DNA of 62,929 nt, counting the filler, from Octopus bimaculoides (Eukaryota): the NCBI RefSeq assembly GCF_001194135.2. It is 6 parts of 6 records of this genome, joined end to end, with 100 filler letters (N's around TTAATTAATTAA, not from the genome) between each part and the next. Parts side by side here need not be neighbours in the genome. Positions count along the whole stretch, not along the records: positions 35,940 to 40,926 come from NC_068985.1; positions 41,027 to 47,553 come from NC_068990.1; positions 47,654 to 55,356 come from NC_068993.1; 3 more parts are not named here. One strand, given 5' to 3'. Shown here piece by piece: positions 37,676 through 48,236 of this stretch; position 1 is the first letter of the stretch; each line of letters starts with the position of its first letter. The translations under genes and the position numbers were made by a program. The notes beneath the pieces were generated by a model. That model was not told the DNA's origin. It worked only from the letters and a program-made list of their open reading frames with translations, and ran no database searches.

Positions 37676-39770
37676 TCTTGAACAGCAAAAACTCTTCTTC
37701 ATTCCTAAAGTTCAATATAAATAATTACTATTCATCTATTTCCCCCAAACTTCTAAATCAAGCCCTCCTTCTAGCCAGGCATCTAACTAATCTCACCCCA
37801 CTAGAAATTAACATAATTCTTAATGCCTAAAAGACTCTCATTTCTTTTGAGGACAAACTCTGGTGCCAGGCCAACCACTATAACACTGTTGCTGGCACTC
37901 CGTCACTTACGACGTCGAGAGTCGTAAGTTGATCCGATCAACGGAACAGCTTGCTCGTGAAATTAATGTGCAAGTGGCTGAGCACTCCACAGACACGTGT
38001 ACCCTTAACGTAGTTCTCAGGGATATTCAGCATGACACAGTGTGACAAGGCTGACCCTTTGAATTACAGGCACAACAGAAACAGGAAGTAAGAGTGAGAG
38101 AAAGTTGTGGTGAAAGAGTACAGCAGGGTTCACCACCATCCCCTGCCGGTGCCTTGTGGAGCTTTAGGGGTTTTCGCTCAATAAACACTCACAACGCCTG
38201 GTCTGGGAATTGAAACTGCGAGTCCGCTGCCCTAACCACTGGGCCATTGCGCCTCCACACTATAACAGTAACAATAACTATATCAAATTCTTTGACATTT
38301 CTATGGGATCATCCAACTCTGCCCAAGTCACAGACCTCATTGGAATATACTTACTCCATCAGCTCTGAACACACTTCCCTAATATCAAGGGAGGTCAATA
38401 CAGAGATGACGCTTTGTTAGTCACCAAGGGCATTAATAAATCTTCTTTTGAACAAATTAGGAAAGCAGTACACAGATTCTTCTCTAACCTCAACTTATCC
38501 ATTACTTTTGAAAATTCCCTTAAAACTGTTAATTTTTTAGATGTTACTTTAAACTTAGAAACCTCCCAATACTCCCCATGTCATAAACCCAACCAGTATC
38601 TTAAGTATTTAAACATTAATTCCAATCACCACAAATCAACCTTTGATTATATAGTTAAAGGTATTTTGATTCATATATCTAACCTCTCAGTCATTGAAGA
38701 AATATTCAATAACCACGCCCCACATTACAACCAAGCACTCGCTGCCAGCAGCTTCTCCCAACAAATAAAATACAACTCTTATACTAGGCTCAGACAACAT
38801 ATATCTCAAGTCATATCACTACGACATGCTATCAATCATCATCATAACAAACTACATGTGCACTATACTAGAACCCTGGGAGAACACAGATTAAGACAGC
38901 TTAGACCCCACATGCACACATATAACACTAGGTAAAAATCTAAATTGCTAACAATAACAGGCCCTATAACCCACCTCTAATTTCTAAAATATAGATTATA
39001 CTGCCCCTAAGCAACCAAAAAAAAAATGTGGATGCTCTATTCTATGGTACCCTCCTCCCTTCTCATTAAATGTTGAGAACTTAGCCAAATCCTTTTTTAA
39101 TATATTAGACTCCAACTTCCCTTGTCAACATAAATATTATTCCATCTTTAATAGATTTACTTTAAAGCTATCCTACTTTCCCCACCCAACTTTGAGTCTA
39201 TTATAACAACCTCTAATAGACGAAGACTTTCTCTATATTATTAAGATATAAACCAAAACAACTCTGACTACACAAGCGCCCAACACATACTCAAGCGCTC
39301 CAATATCGAACCTAATACTTTAGACCATAACGAAAACCCAACCAATCCTAGTAACATTAACCAGAATGCTAGTACCCTGACCTCCACCACAAATACCTAT
39401 ATGATAGAAATAATAATAATAATAATAATAAGAGCAATAATAATGATAATAACATAGACCAATCTACCCCATACCTAACCTCTCTCTAGAAAGTTTTACT
39501 TCCTCCATTCCTAAAAAAAAAATCCCCACAATGCACTACCATGTAACTGCCACCCTGGGGCCATTTGACCTCTACAATCCTGTTGCAGAAGGTCTAACAT
39601 AATTTACGAATGCACCATCCTCAACACGCTACACAATTCTACAGTGATATATATATAGGGTCAACTATAAACTTTAAACAGAGATAAGCTGCACATCTTA
39701 ATTCTTTTAGATATGAGAAACACAGTAAATCCACAACCCTTGCCAGTGACATAATTCTTCATTATTACTA
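37676..39770 (+). mobile_element. decayed Penelope-like retroelement (RT with C-terminal GIY-YIG endonuclease)
   Basis: Reads FLKFNINNYYSSIS (motif A), FDISMGSSNSAQVTDLIG (motif B), GQYRDD at 38399 (motif C), VNFLDVTL, KPN...SNH, ILWYPPPFS...FNRFTLKLSY, CNC....*PL, IIYEC...YIGST.NFKQR*AAHLNSF. Several stops and frameshifts. Confidence 0.9.
37886..38258 (-). mobile_element. SINE family B inserted in the Penelope-like RT
   Basis: Reverse-complement homolog of 10868-11244. TSD ACTATAACA at 37877-85 and 38259-67. Confidence 0.9.
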
Positions 39771-39954
39771 AATAAGTATAATGAAGCCCTGATGAGGTAC
39801 ATGCAACCACCATTTATTTCATACCTTCAAATTTTACCAAGATCTAAATACAACCTAAATCACCACACAGTACATATACCGAATACCCCAAAATAAGCTT
39901 GAACAACCTTATTTGACTTTCCAATTTCACACACATATATATAAATATATGTAT

Positions 39955-40538
39955 AGATGCCAGACCAGCAAGGGGAAGCAGCTGACCTCCCCTGTTCGAA
40001 GGTTATAATGGACACAGGTTCGTGTGCCACATAGAGGCGATGGCCTCTTGGAGCTAATCTAATGGCAGCATTTGTCCTATTTTTCTGGACTGCCATGTTA
40101 GCTTGGCGATAATTATTAATATCCAGTACCGTTGCCGTAGTCTCCTTTAGAGAGACTTAGAAATATTGATATTTCTATTTTTGAAAACCAGTGGATGTAT
40201 TCCACTGAACTTAGGTAAATAATCCTTCAAACAGACGGTCAGTAGCAACACCTGCCTGGTTCGGCTGCTCTACATTGATAAGGGACAATTACCCTGAAAC
40301 TATCTGTAGATGACAGACCAGCAAGGGGAAGTGGCTGACACCACCTGTTTGAAGGTTGTATTGGACACAGGTTCGTGTGTCACATAGCTAGCTAGAGGCG
40401 ATGGCCTCTTGGAGCTGATCTAACAGCAACATTCGTTCTATTTTTCTGGACTGACATGTTAGCTTGGCGATAACTATTAATATCCAGTACTGCTTCTGTA
40501 GTCTCCTTTAGAGAGACTTAGAAATATTAATATTTCTA
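39955..40538. repeat. two direct copies of a ~225-bp unit
   Basis: 39955-40177 matches 40308-40538 (GACCAGCAAGGGGAAG...GAGACTTAGAAATATT.ATATTTCTAT), with about 130 bp between them. Confidence 0.92.
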
Positions 40539-40970
40539 TATATATATATACATACATTCCTGTCTCCTCATGGCTCTATTGTTTTGGCTCAACAGACCTG
40601 ACTGTTTGTTTTTACTATCTTGTTCTCACTGTCCTGTTCTTGTTAACACTTTCACCCTCCACAAAAAATCCCAAATTTTATTTAATTTGCTTTGCGGGAA
40701 GGACTGTTTCAACGAAGTCGCATATTGTCCTTGCCTTCAAAACGTGGAGTATATGAAACAGGGACAACTATGTTTTCGTTTTTATGTTTTCGCTTCTCAT
40801 TGTGTTTAACGTTTTTTTTATGTCCTGTACCCATATATGCCTGTATGTACATATATGTATGGATATATGCATATATTTATATATTATTTATATTATTATA
40901 TACATACACACACACACACACACACANNNNNNNNNNNNNNNNNNNNNNNNNNNNNNNNNNNNNNNNNNNN

Positions 40971-40982
40971 TTAATTAATTAA
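40971..40982. other. artificial scaffold linker (join 3)
   Basis: N44-TTAATTAATTAA-N44, 40927-41026. Confidence 0.95.
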
Positions 40983-41639
40983 NNNNNNNNNNNNNNNNNN
41001 NNNNNNNNNNNNNNNNNNNNNNNNNNGTGAAAGTGATGTTGAATCGAAATTTGTCACTCAGTGAACGAAACAGCAACACAAAACCGTACTTCTGTTAGTA
41101 AATGATAAAATTACTTACATCAGTAAATGTGAGTAAACTTTTAGTGCGAACAGTAACGATTGAAGTTAAAGTGAAGAAAAAACTATGGCTACCGGAAGTT
41201 GACATTGAGGAACATTTTTAAAGAAGTGAATCTTAAATATAAAGCAATATTATTTATCTTAATTAAAAAAATCAAATGAAGAGCCTAAGATTTATCCGAA
41301 GTCAAATTATTCCTGCATCACAAGTATGGAAGTAAATAGTGAAGCCGTTTTCACGTGATAAGCGATTGCACGCACATCTCTGTTATATATAGTATAGATA
41401 ATCATTAGGTTCCCCTTCAGTATTTCCAGATTTTAGATTTGTTTCGACTTCCTTCTCATTCATATGAGTGTTCTGTGGTGTTCTGGATTGGTGCTTTTTG
41501 TACATTATTATACATCCCTACGGTCTGGGTTTGTTGTCTTTTGTTTACTTCGTTTTTGTTGGAAATGTTACGTTTGTCTTCGTATTTTACTGTCTCAGCA
41601 TTTATATTATTTGGCATTGTTGTGTGGCTACTATAGATT

Positions 41640-41930
41640 TTCCTAATGTATTTTTCCTTTTAATTGTTCTATTTCTATTTCTGATATTATTTTTTGGTTT
41701 GAGAATATATCTTCGTATGTTAGCTAGTTTATTAGGGTTCATTGTTGTATCCAAGTCTTTATTTAGGTTATTTTTCTTCCATATTTTATATGTATATGTT
41801 TTTGTGTTTTCGTTCTTTGGGTAGAGCACTGCTGTAAAATAAGCGTGTAGGATTGAAATATATTCCTCACGTGTCCATTTATGTCTTTTTGGTTTTATCT
41901 GCGGGACATGAGAAACAACGTCCGGCCCTT
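41640..41930 (-). mobile_element. N-terminal ORF fragment of an R4/Dong-like non-LTR retrotransposon
   Basis: Minus strand reads KPKRHKWTREEYISILHAYF...IWKK...NKLANIRRYILK, then a frameshift, then IISEIEIEQLK. This resembles, from memory, the R4/Dong N-terminal 'RKWT.EE....YY...W...L....R.I.K...LS..EIE' pattern. Confidence 0.5.
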
Positions 41931-43112
41931 TATTTTGACGGTCATGATTTTAGTAGGGTACCGGTCCATTTATTTCTGTTGTCAAATTGTTTTGCACGTG
42001 TAGTTTTTCATACTTTTTGTGTAACAAGTTTAACGTACGCACTTCCCAATTGTTATTCTTGGGTTGAATAATATCGTTATTATTTAATCTATTTGTAATT
42101 TTTTTGTACATGGTGTTTGGAGCCGGAGATGGTCTGATGGTCGTAATGTATCAAGTGTGTTTACATGTGCTCTGCGAGCAGTGGAGATGATATCCAGTTA
42201 AAATACATCATTTCATTTGGAAAATAGAAATAAATTTCAATGAGTATTACTTACTTAGATATAGTCCAACCCTTTGTCAGCTATTTTTGGCTCCATGTGA
42301 GGTCTTTATTTCCGATGTTTTTGGATAAATTTCGGAGCAGTGTTTTATCGCTCTCACATGTTAAACGTCCCCGGTGTATATTCTTGTTGAACGTCTCTGG
42401 TGTATATTGTTAAACTTCCCCGGTATATATTTTTCTTCTTCTTCTTCTTCTTCTTCTTCTTCTTCTTCTTCTTCTTCTTCTTCTTCTTNNNNNNNNNNNN
42501 NNNNNNNNNNNNNNNNNNNNNNNNNNNNNNNNNNNNNNNNNNNNNNNNNNNNNNNNNNNNNNNNNNNNNNNNNNNNNNNNNNNNNNNNNNNNNNNNNNNN
42601 NNNNNNNNNNNNNNNNNNNNNCCCTCCTCCTCCTCCTCCTCATTATTATTATGTCTGTCAGCTTGTGATGTCATTCAAGTTGGAGCTACGTAATTTGTAA
42701 GTGTTTAATCAAGCATTTCGACTGGTTGCAGCCCGTTCATTTTAAATTTTATTTAACAAGTATTTTGCCTGCATTGTCTGGATCGTGGTGGTAACATTTT
42801 GCGTAATTGCACCCCCTTTTTGGGGATGTAATAATTGTTCAGAGTTTTTGAATTTTTGTGAAGACAATTTTTAAAATGTCGGATTACAAAGAAATAACAA
42901 TAATCGACCGAGAGTAGCGTTCTGTTGACTAAGTTGTAACCCCGAAAATAAATGCAAAGAGAAATATAATTTTCTCTTGCTGCTGTGGCGTCAGTAACAA
43001 GTACAAAAGTACTAGCAGGAATAATAATAACGACGACGACAGCAATGTGGATAGCAGCAGCAGCATCTCAAATACCATCATCACCACCACCACCACCACC
43101 ACCAGTAACTGG

Positions 43113-43675
43113 ACGACAACGTGAAGTATATTTGCCACTTAAATGCGGCTAAACCCTAAGGGTGAATGTTACTGTTGCTTTTAGCCCCAGGAGAACATCT
43201 CCTCCAGCTGGCTATTGACACACTTTCTGTGCCCTGTCGTGCCCTGTGCACTGATCTCGAAAATTCACTGATCTTGTCGTGCAGCTACTGTTTATAACTC
43301 GTTCAGAGATTTAACATTGCTTGTTTACACTCTTTCGAGATCAGTGAATTTTCGTGACTTGAAAAAGTATATATGTATTTGCATTGGGAGCCCCTTCGCA
43401 TCGAAGATCGTTGATTGTCGTACGCTGACGAAGGGTAAATACCCAGAAACTCGAGTCCGTGCGTATCACGTCAGATCGACGATGGGAAGGATGACTTCCC
43501 TTTGCAAATATCGACAGGGCACAGAAAGTGTGTCAATAGCCAGCTGGAGGAGATGTTCTCCTGTGGCTAAAAGCAACAGTAACATTCACCCTTAGGGTTT
43601 AGCCGCATTTAAGTGGCAAATATACTTCACGTTGTCGTGTAGCTACTGTTTATAACTCGCTCAGAGATTTAACAT
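43113..43675 (+). mobile_element. non-autonomous Penelope-type element: inverted arm, tail, hammerhead, arm, tail
   Basis: 127-bp inverted arms 43113-43239 and 43512-43638 (1 mismatch). 44-bp direct repeat 43274-43317 and 43632-43675 (2 mismatches). Internal hammerhead motif. Ends in (TA)n. Confidence 0.75.
43419..43463 (+). ncRNA. minimal type I hammerhead ribozyme
   Basis: CGUACG-CUGACGA-A-GGGU(AAAU)ACCC-A-GAAAC(UCGA)GUC^-CGUGCG. All core nucleotides are present, stem I is 6 bp, loop III is palindromic, and predicted cleavage is after C43457. The stem II basal pair is an atypical A-A. Confidence 0.75.
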
Positions 43676-44687
43676 ATATATATATATACATACATATACA
43701 TACATACATACATATANNNNNNNNNNNNNNNNNNNNNNNNNNNNNNNNNNNNNNNNNNNNNNNNNNNNNNNNNNNNNNNNNNNNNNNNNNNNNNNNNNAT
43801 ATAAATACCTACCTAACACACAAACAGTGACGTAGCTATACGTGTCCACGTACGTACTTTTTTTTACTGTATATTCTGTTGTGATTACCCAATGGAAACT
43901 CAATATCATAAGTTGAAACGCGAATTAAATTTAGAAAATTCTGTAAAAGCTTGCAACAGTAAGTCGAGTAAATTTGGTAGATTAATATATATTCCACTCA
44001 AGAATATGCTGCTCTAGTGGAGTCACACTAATATTCTTTAAAGTGGCATGAGATGTGTAATTGGCCATATATACTATTCTTGAGATTTCTTCAACATTCA
44101 CTTTTTGATCACATTTAGGCCACCTGTCTTGTAGCGAAATGTATATGTATGTATTCAAATTTTGTATTAGAAGCAGCTCAATAATATAAACATTACCAAC
44201 ATCACATACTTAATGTATATGTGTTGTTAAACGCTTATAGTTGTGGTATTTCATAAAAGGAATGTCCTTTTATAGCGTAAAATAAAACTGTATACTTCTC
44301 AGCTAGATGAAACGAAAGCACACTCGAAGTGAATGAGAATGACATGTCGCAGCGTCATTTACTCGCTTCACTTCCGAAACGAATTCTAATTGTTAGTCAG
44401 AAGTATGTAGAGAAAGCGTAAAAAAATATCTGCTGATATCAAAACGTCACATAAATAGAACAAAATTCAAATTTTGTGTTGGAACAGCTCAATAATGTAA
44501 ACACTATCAATATCACATAATGTATGTGCGTTGTGAAACACTTGTAGCTGGGGTATTTCACCTGAGAGAAGTTGACACTGATGAGCAAAATACCGATATA
44601 CATCATTTCCGTACACTTCCGGGGCGATTTCGATTCGTCTAAAGTTACGATCGAAATCGTATTTTTATATGCCGTTTATGTTGTTAA

Positions 44688-44885
44688 ATATGTTTTGGTC
44701 AAGAGACCGTTCATTCCTCTGTTGTGAAACATGTTTTGGTCAAGAGACCGTTCATTCCTCTGTTGTGAAACATGTTTTGGTCANNNNNNNNNNGTTGTGA
44801 AACATGTTTTGGTCAAGAGACCGTTCATTCCTCTGTTGTGAAACATGTTTTGGTCAAGAGACCGTTCATTCCTCTGTTGTGAAAC
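44688..44885. repeat. 41-bp tandem minisatellite (at least 4 copies, collapsed at an N10 gap)
   Basis: Unit AAGAGACCGTTCATTCCTCTGTTGTGAAACATGTTTTGGTC, identical copies with no spacers. Confidence 0.95.
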
Positions 44886-46277
44886 ACTCGTACTTTTGCT
44901 GGGTTTCTATTTCAAAATTCAGTATATTTTTCCACCTAATCGATGTAGGTCCAGGCTTTCAGTACGGGTATTGCACTGGTGAGATGATCTCTACTTGATA
45001 TATCGCTATAATTAGTATTATGTCCCTTTATAATGATCAGTCTTTTATTTGTTTAACAGAACTAAATTCAACATCTGCTTTATTATATCCATAATTTCAG
45101 AATGATTCACTGTAATATCTGAGGTGTTTCCGGGAAGTGTGATGACCTGATCTTAATAAGAAGCAAATGTTTTATTTTACACACTTGTCATGAATATCGC
45201 ATATACAACTACTTCGATCTAATTATTCTGAAGTGATGAATTGTTAACGCGAGTTGACATTTCATATCCCTTCCATTACATTTCATGCTCTTAGCTATAT
45301 GAAGTTAGTGCTGAAGTAAGTATTCCTATTCTGTCTTCGTTAATCTTTAACTCATTTTATAGAAGGAAGATAGAGAGATAATCATTTCTCTCGGCAAGTA
45401 TGCGGTTGAAAGCTAGGTAACAAAGGATTTGAAGGAATCAGTTACGAGAAAACAAAATTAAAGAAAAGAAAGAGCAGGAAGATACGGATATAATATCGCC
45501 TCTAATAACACAGATTTGTCTATAAAATTGGGAATAATATTTAGACGTCTATACAACTGGTTTGCATATGTAACATTTATTTTAAATTGCTTACATGGAA
45601 ACATAGTAACACATATATCATTTGAAATTTAAGCCTAGACTCAGAAACAGAGTGATATTACTGATGACATCAAGGAAAGCTCATTAATATTAGTAGAAAT
45701 ATTTTTCAAATCTGGTTTAGATTTTAGAACGTAACTATATTGTATGATAGCAAGAAAGACTGACTCGTTATGTTTTTCCGTTTCAATAATAATTTTCGTA
45801 TATAGATTATATTTTCTGTCACAACCAATATCCACAACAGATATTTCTAAATCTAGTGTGTCGCTCTTTTGAAGAATAATTAGTGTCAACAATTTCCTCA
45901 ATAATAAACCTAAATTTGCTGTAGGAAACGAATACACTACCTAGGAACCGATATTCTGAAACTATTTCTGGTAACTTGATTTAGTATTAACTACATTAAC
46001 TATCTGTATATTGATGTATGTTTGTATGTGATGCATATGTGTGAATGCCGAGTTTGGTTTAACTGTTCTCGGAATGGAAACAAATGAAAGCGAGATATAA
46101 ATATTCAGGAAGATTTTTAACTCAAGTTGCTAGAAAAGATGACGCGACCTCCACTAACTGGTTTCAGTGATAAGGGTTTCAGCTTCATAATATACGGCAC
46201 CAACAATACAAATAAGACTGATCAGACTGATAATGATAATGAATAAATTAAACAGAATAAGGTTAAGTTGTCAAATA

Positions 46278-46808
46278 CTAGGTCTGATCCAATAAGTATC
46301 CGGACTGTTGCCATAGTAACGAAGCTAAAGCACGTAAAGCAAAACCGCTTGGCAAAGATTGGCTTTGTACTCTAATTCACTTCCGCTGTTTACAGCAGTG
46401 CTTAGAAGAAAGATATGTAGCGTGTGATCGTCGCATTGACCATGACAGAGAAAGTTGTCATGGCGATACCTGCTCAGAAGCCTACGCAAAGTTGAAGAAA
46501 GTGTATGGAGAAGAGCTGACAAAAATGACACTCGGGTTTCAGTTACAGAAGATCTCTTTGATTGTGTTGAGAACGATGAAAACTCTTTGAAAACTTAGCA
46601 TAGGCCTCTGAGCAGGTATCGCCAGGTTTTTAGCAAAAGTTGATGCAGATTCTCTGCTCAAATTTCTGTTACGGTAAATGCGAAGATCACACCTTCCTTC
46701 CAAGCACTGCTGTAAACAGCGGAAGTGGGCTAGAGTGTTAAAGCTTAGTACACATGGTTTAGTTTCGTCGCTATAACAATAGTCCGGATACTTATTGATC
46801 AAACCACG
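46278..46808 (+). mobile_element. mariner-derived MITE (531 bp), same family as 23-640
   Basis: TA duplications at 46276-77 and 46809-10. TIR ..GGTCTGATC(C)AATAAGTATCCGGACT, long subterminal inverted repeats and small transposase remnants. Confidence 0.9.
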
Positions 46809-47201
46809 TATGCTTACTGCTTAAAGGAATATAGAGTGACTCTACTCCTATAAATATATTCGTGCAATCACTTCGCCCCAAATACAGTTTCCAGCAAGAA
46901 TTTATTCAGATACTTATCAAGGAATTTCAAACCATTTTACATTCCTCTTTATATATAAATCTGAAATTACAATAACATTTAACACCTCACCAACTCAGAT
47001 GCATCTGCAGTATCCTAACTTTATAATAATTTAAACCACTTTTCTTCTTCACATTCACGTGATTAGCCAAAGGCGAAATTGAATATAAGCAATTTGTCTA
47101 TTTTAAAAAATATGTATAATATAAATATGTGTGCATACATACATACATACATACATACACACTTACATGCATATATATATGTGTGCAAAGTCTGTCATAC
47201 C

Positions 47202-47245
47202 GGCCATGATGAAATACCACAAGGTATAGAAAATACGTATTCGCC
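47202..47245 (+). ncRNA. degenerate hammerhead-like motif
   Basis: GGC-C(A)UGAUGA-A-AUACC(ACAA)GGUAU-A-GAAAA(UACGUA)UUC-GCC. Same A/A-flanked stem II as 43419, but with an extra A in the core. Confidence 0.4.
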
Positions 47246-47597
47246 TTTATATATTTAATCCTTTATATTGAACACTCAATATTTCATCTATTCAATAAGA
47301 CATATTCCATATATTCAATAAGACATTCAATACTTTATTTCATTGTACCATCCATTTTTATTTTATATTATATATTGTATATTATATTATATATTGTATA
47401 TTCCATATTCTATATCCCACATTGGTTTTGCAGGAATATAAATAAAACATAAAAAACAGACAGTGTTGGAACTCTTTTAAACAAAATAATATATTCCTCT
47501 ATACACAATCATACAAAACCCCTTTTTTTGTATTTATTTTTACTCGCATATATNNNNNNNNNNNNNNNNNNNNNNNNNNNNNNNNNNNNNNNNNNNN

Positions 47598-47609
47598 TTA
47601 ATTAATTAA
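47598..47609. other. artificial scaffold linker (join 4)
   Basis: N44-TTAATTAATTAA-N44, 47554-47653. Confidence 0.95.
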
Positions 47610-47653
47610 NNNNNNNNNNNNNNNNNNNNNNNNNNNNNNNNNNNNNNNNNNNN

Positions 47654-47698
<45 letters not shown>

Positions 47699-47704
47699 AT
47701 AGAA

Positions 47705-47741
<37 letters not shown>

Positions 47742-48128
47742 AATATATATATGTATCTATATATAAATATATATATAAATAAATATATAGGTATTAATAT
47801 AAATTATATAAATATAAATATATATATATGAATATTTATATAAATACATATAAATATATACATGTATGTATATATAGATATGTATATATATATATATGAA
47901 TGTATATATATGTATACACACTCACAAATAAATATACATGCACACATACATATCTATATATACGCACACACACACACATATATATATATAGAGAGAGGGA
48001 GAGAAAATGAGATGCTAGGCATATATTATATAGCTACGTATATATACATTTATATACATATCTATATACACATATATAAAGGGAGATGCCTAGCTATTCA
48101 TACTTATATATTTACCTATCAATCTATG

Positions 48129-48236
<108 letters not shown>

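Noticed and set aside
38414-38935. Host gene ORF of 173 aa
   Set aside because: It is the RT thumb region of the decayed Penelope-like element.
37676-39770. Naiad/Chlamys-type PLE
   Set aside because: Those have an N-terminal endonuclease; here GIY-YIG follows the RT.
39780-40360. SECIS element for the PLE
   Set aside because: The candidate ATGA..AA hairpins lack the correct 11-12-nt spacing or the 3' GA of the kink-turn.
42690-42830. Tandem C-x4-C-x3-H-like peptides on the minus strand
   Set aside because: Short and interrupted by stops. Could be a LINE ORF1 relic but cannot be supported.
43160-43600. Telomeric TTAGGG repeats
   Set aside because: Only a single CCCTAA/TTAGGG occurs per arm, within the inverted repeat.
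44688-44885. CRISPR array or hammerhead array
   Set aside because: The units are contiguous with no spacers and the context is eukaryotic. GAAACATGT is present but there is no CUGANGA core.
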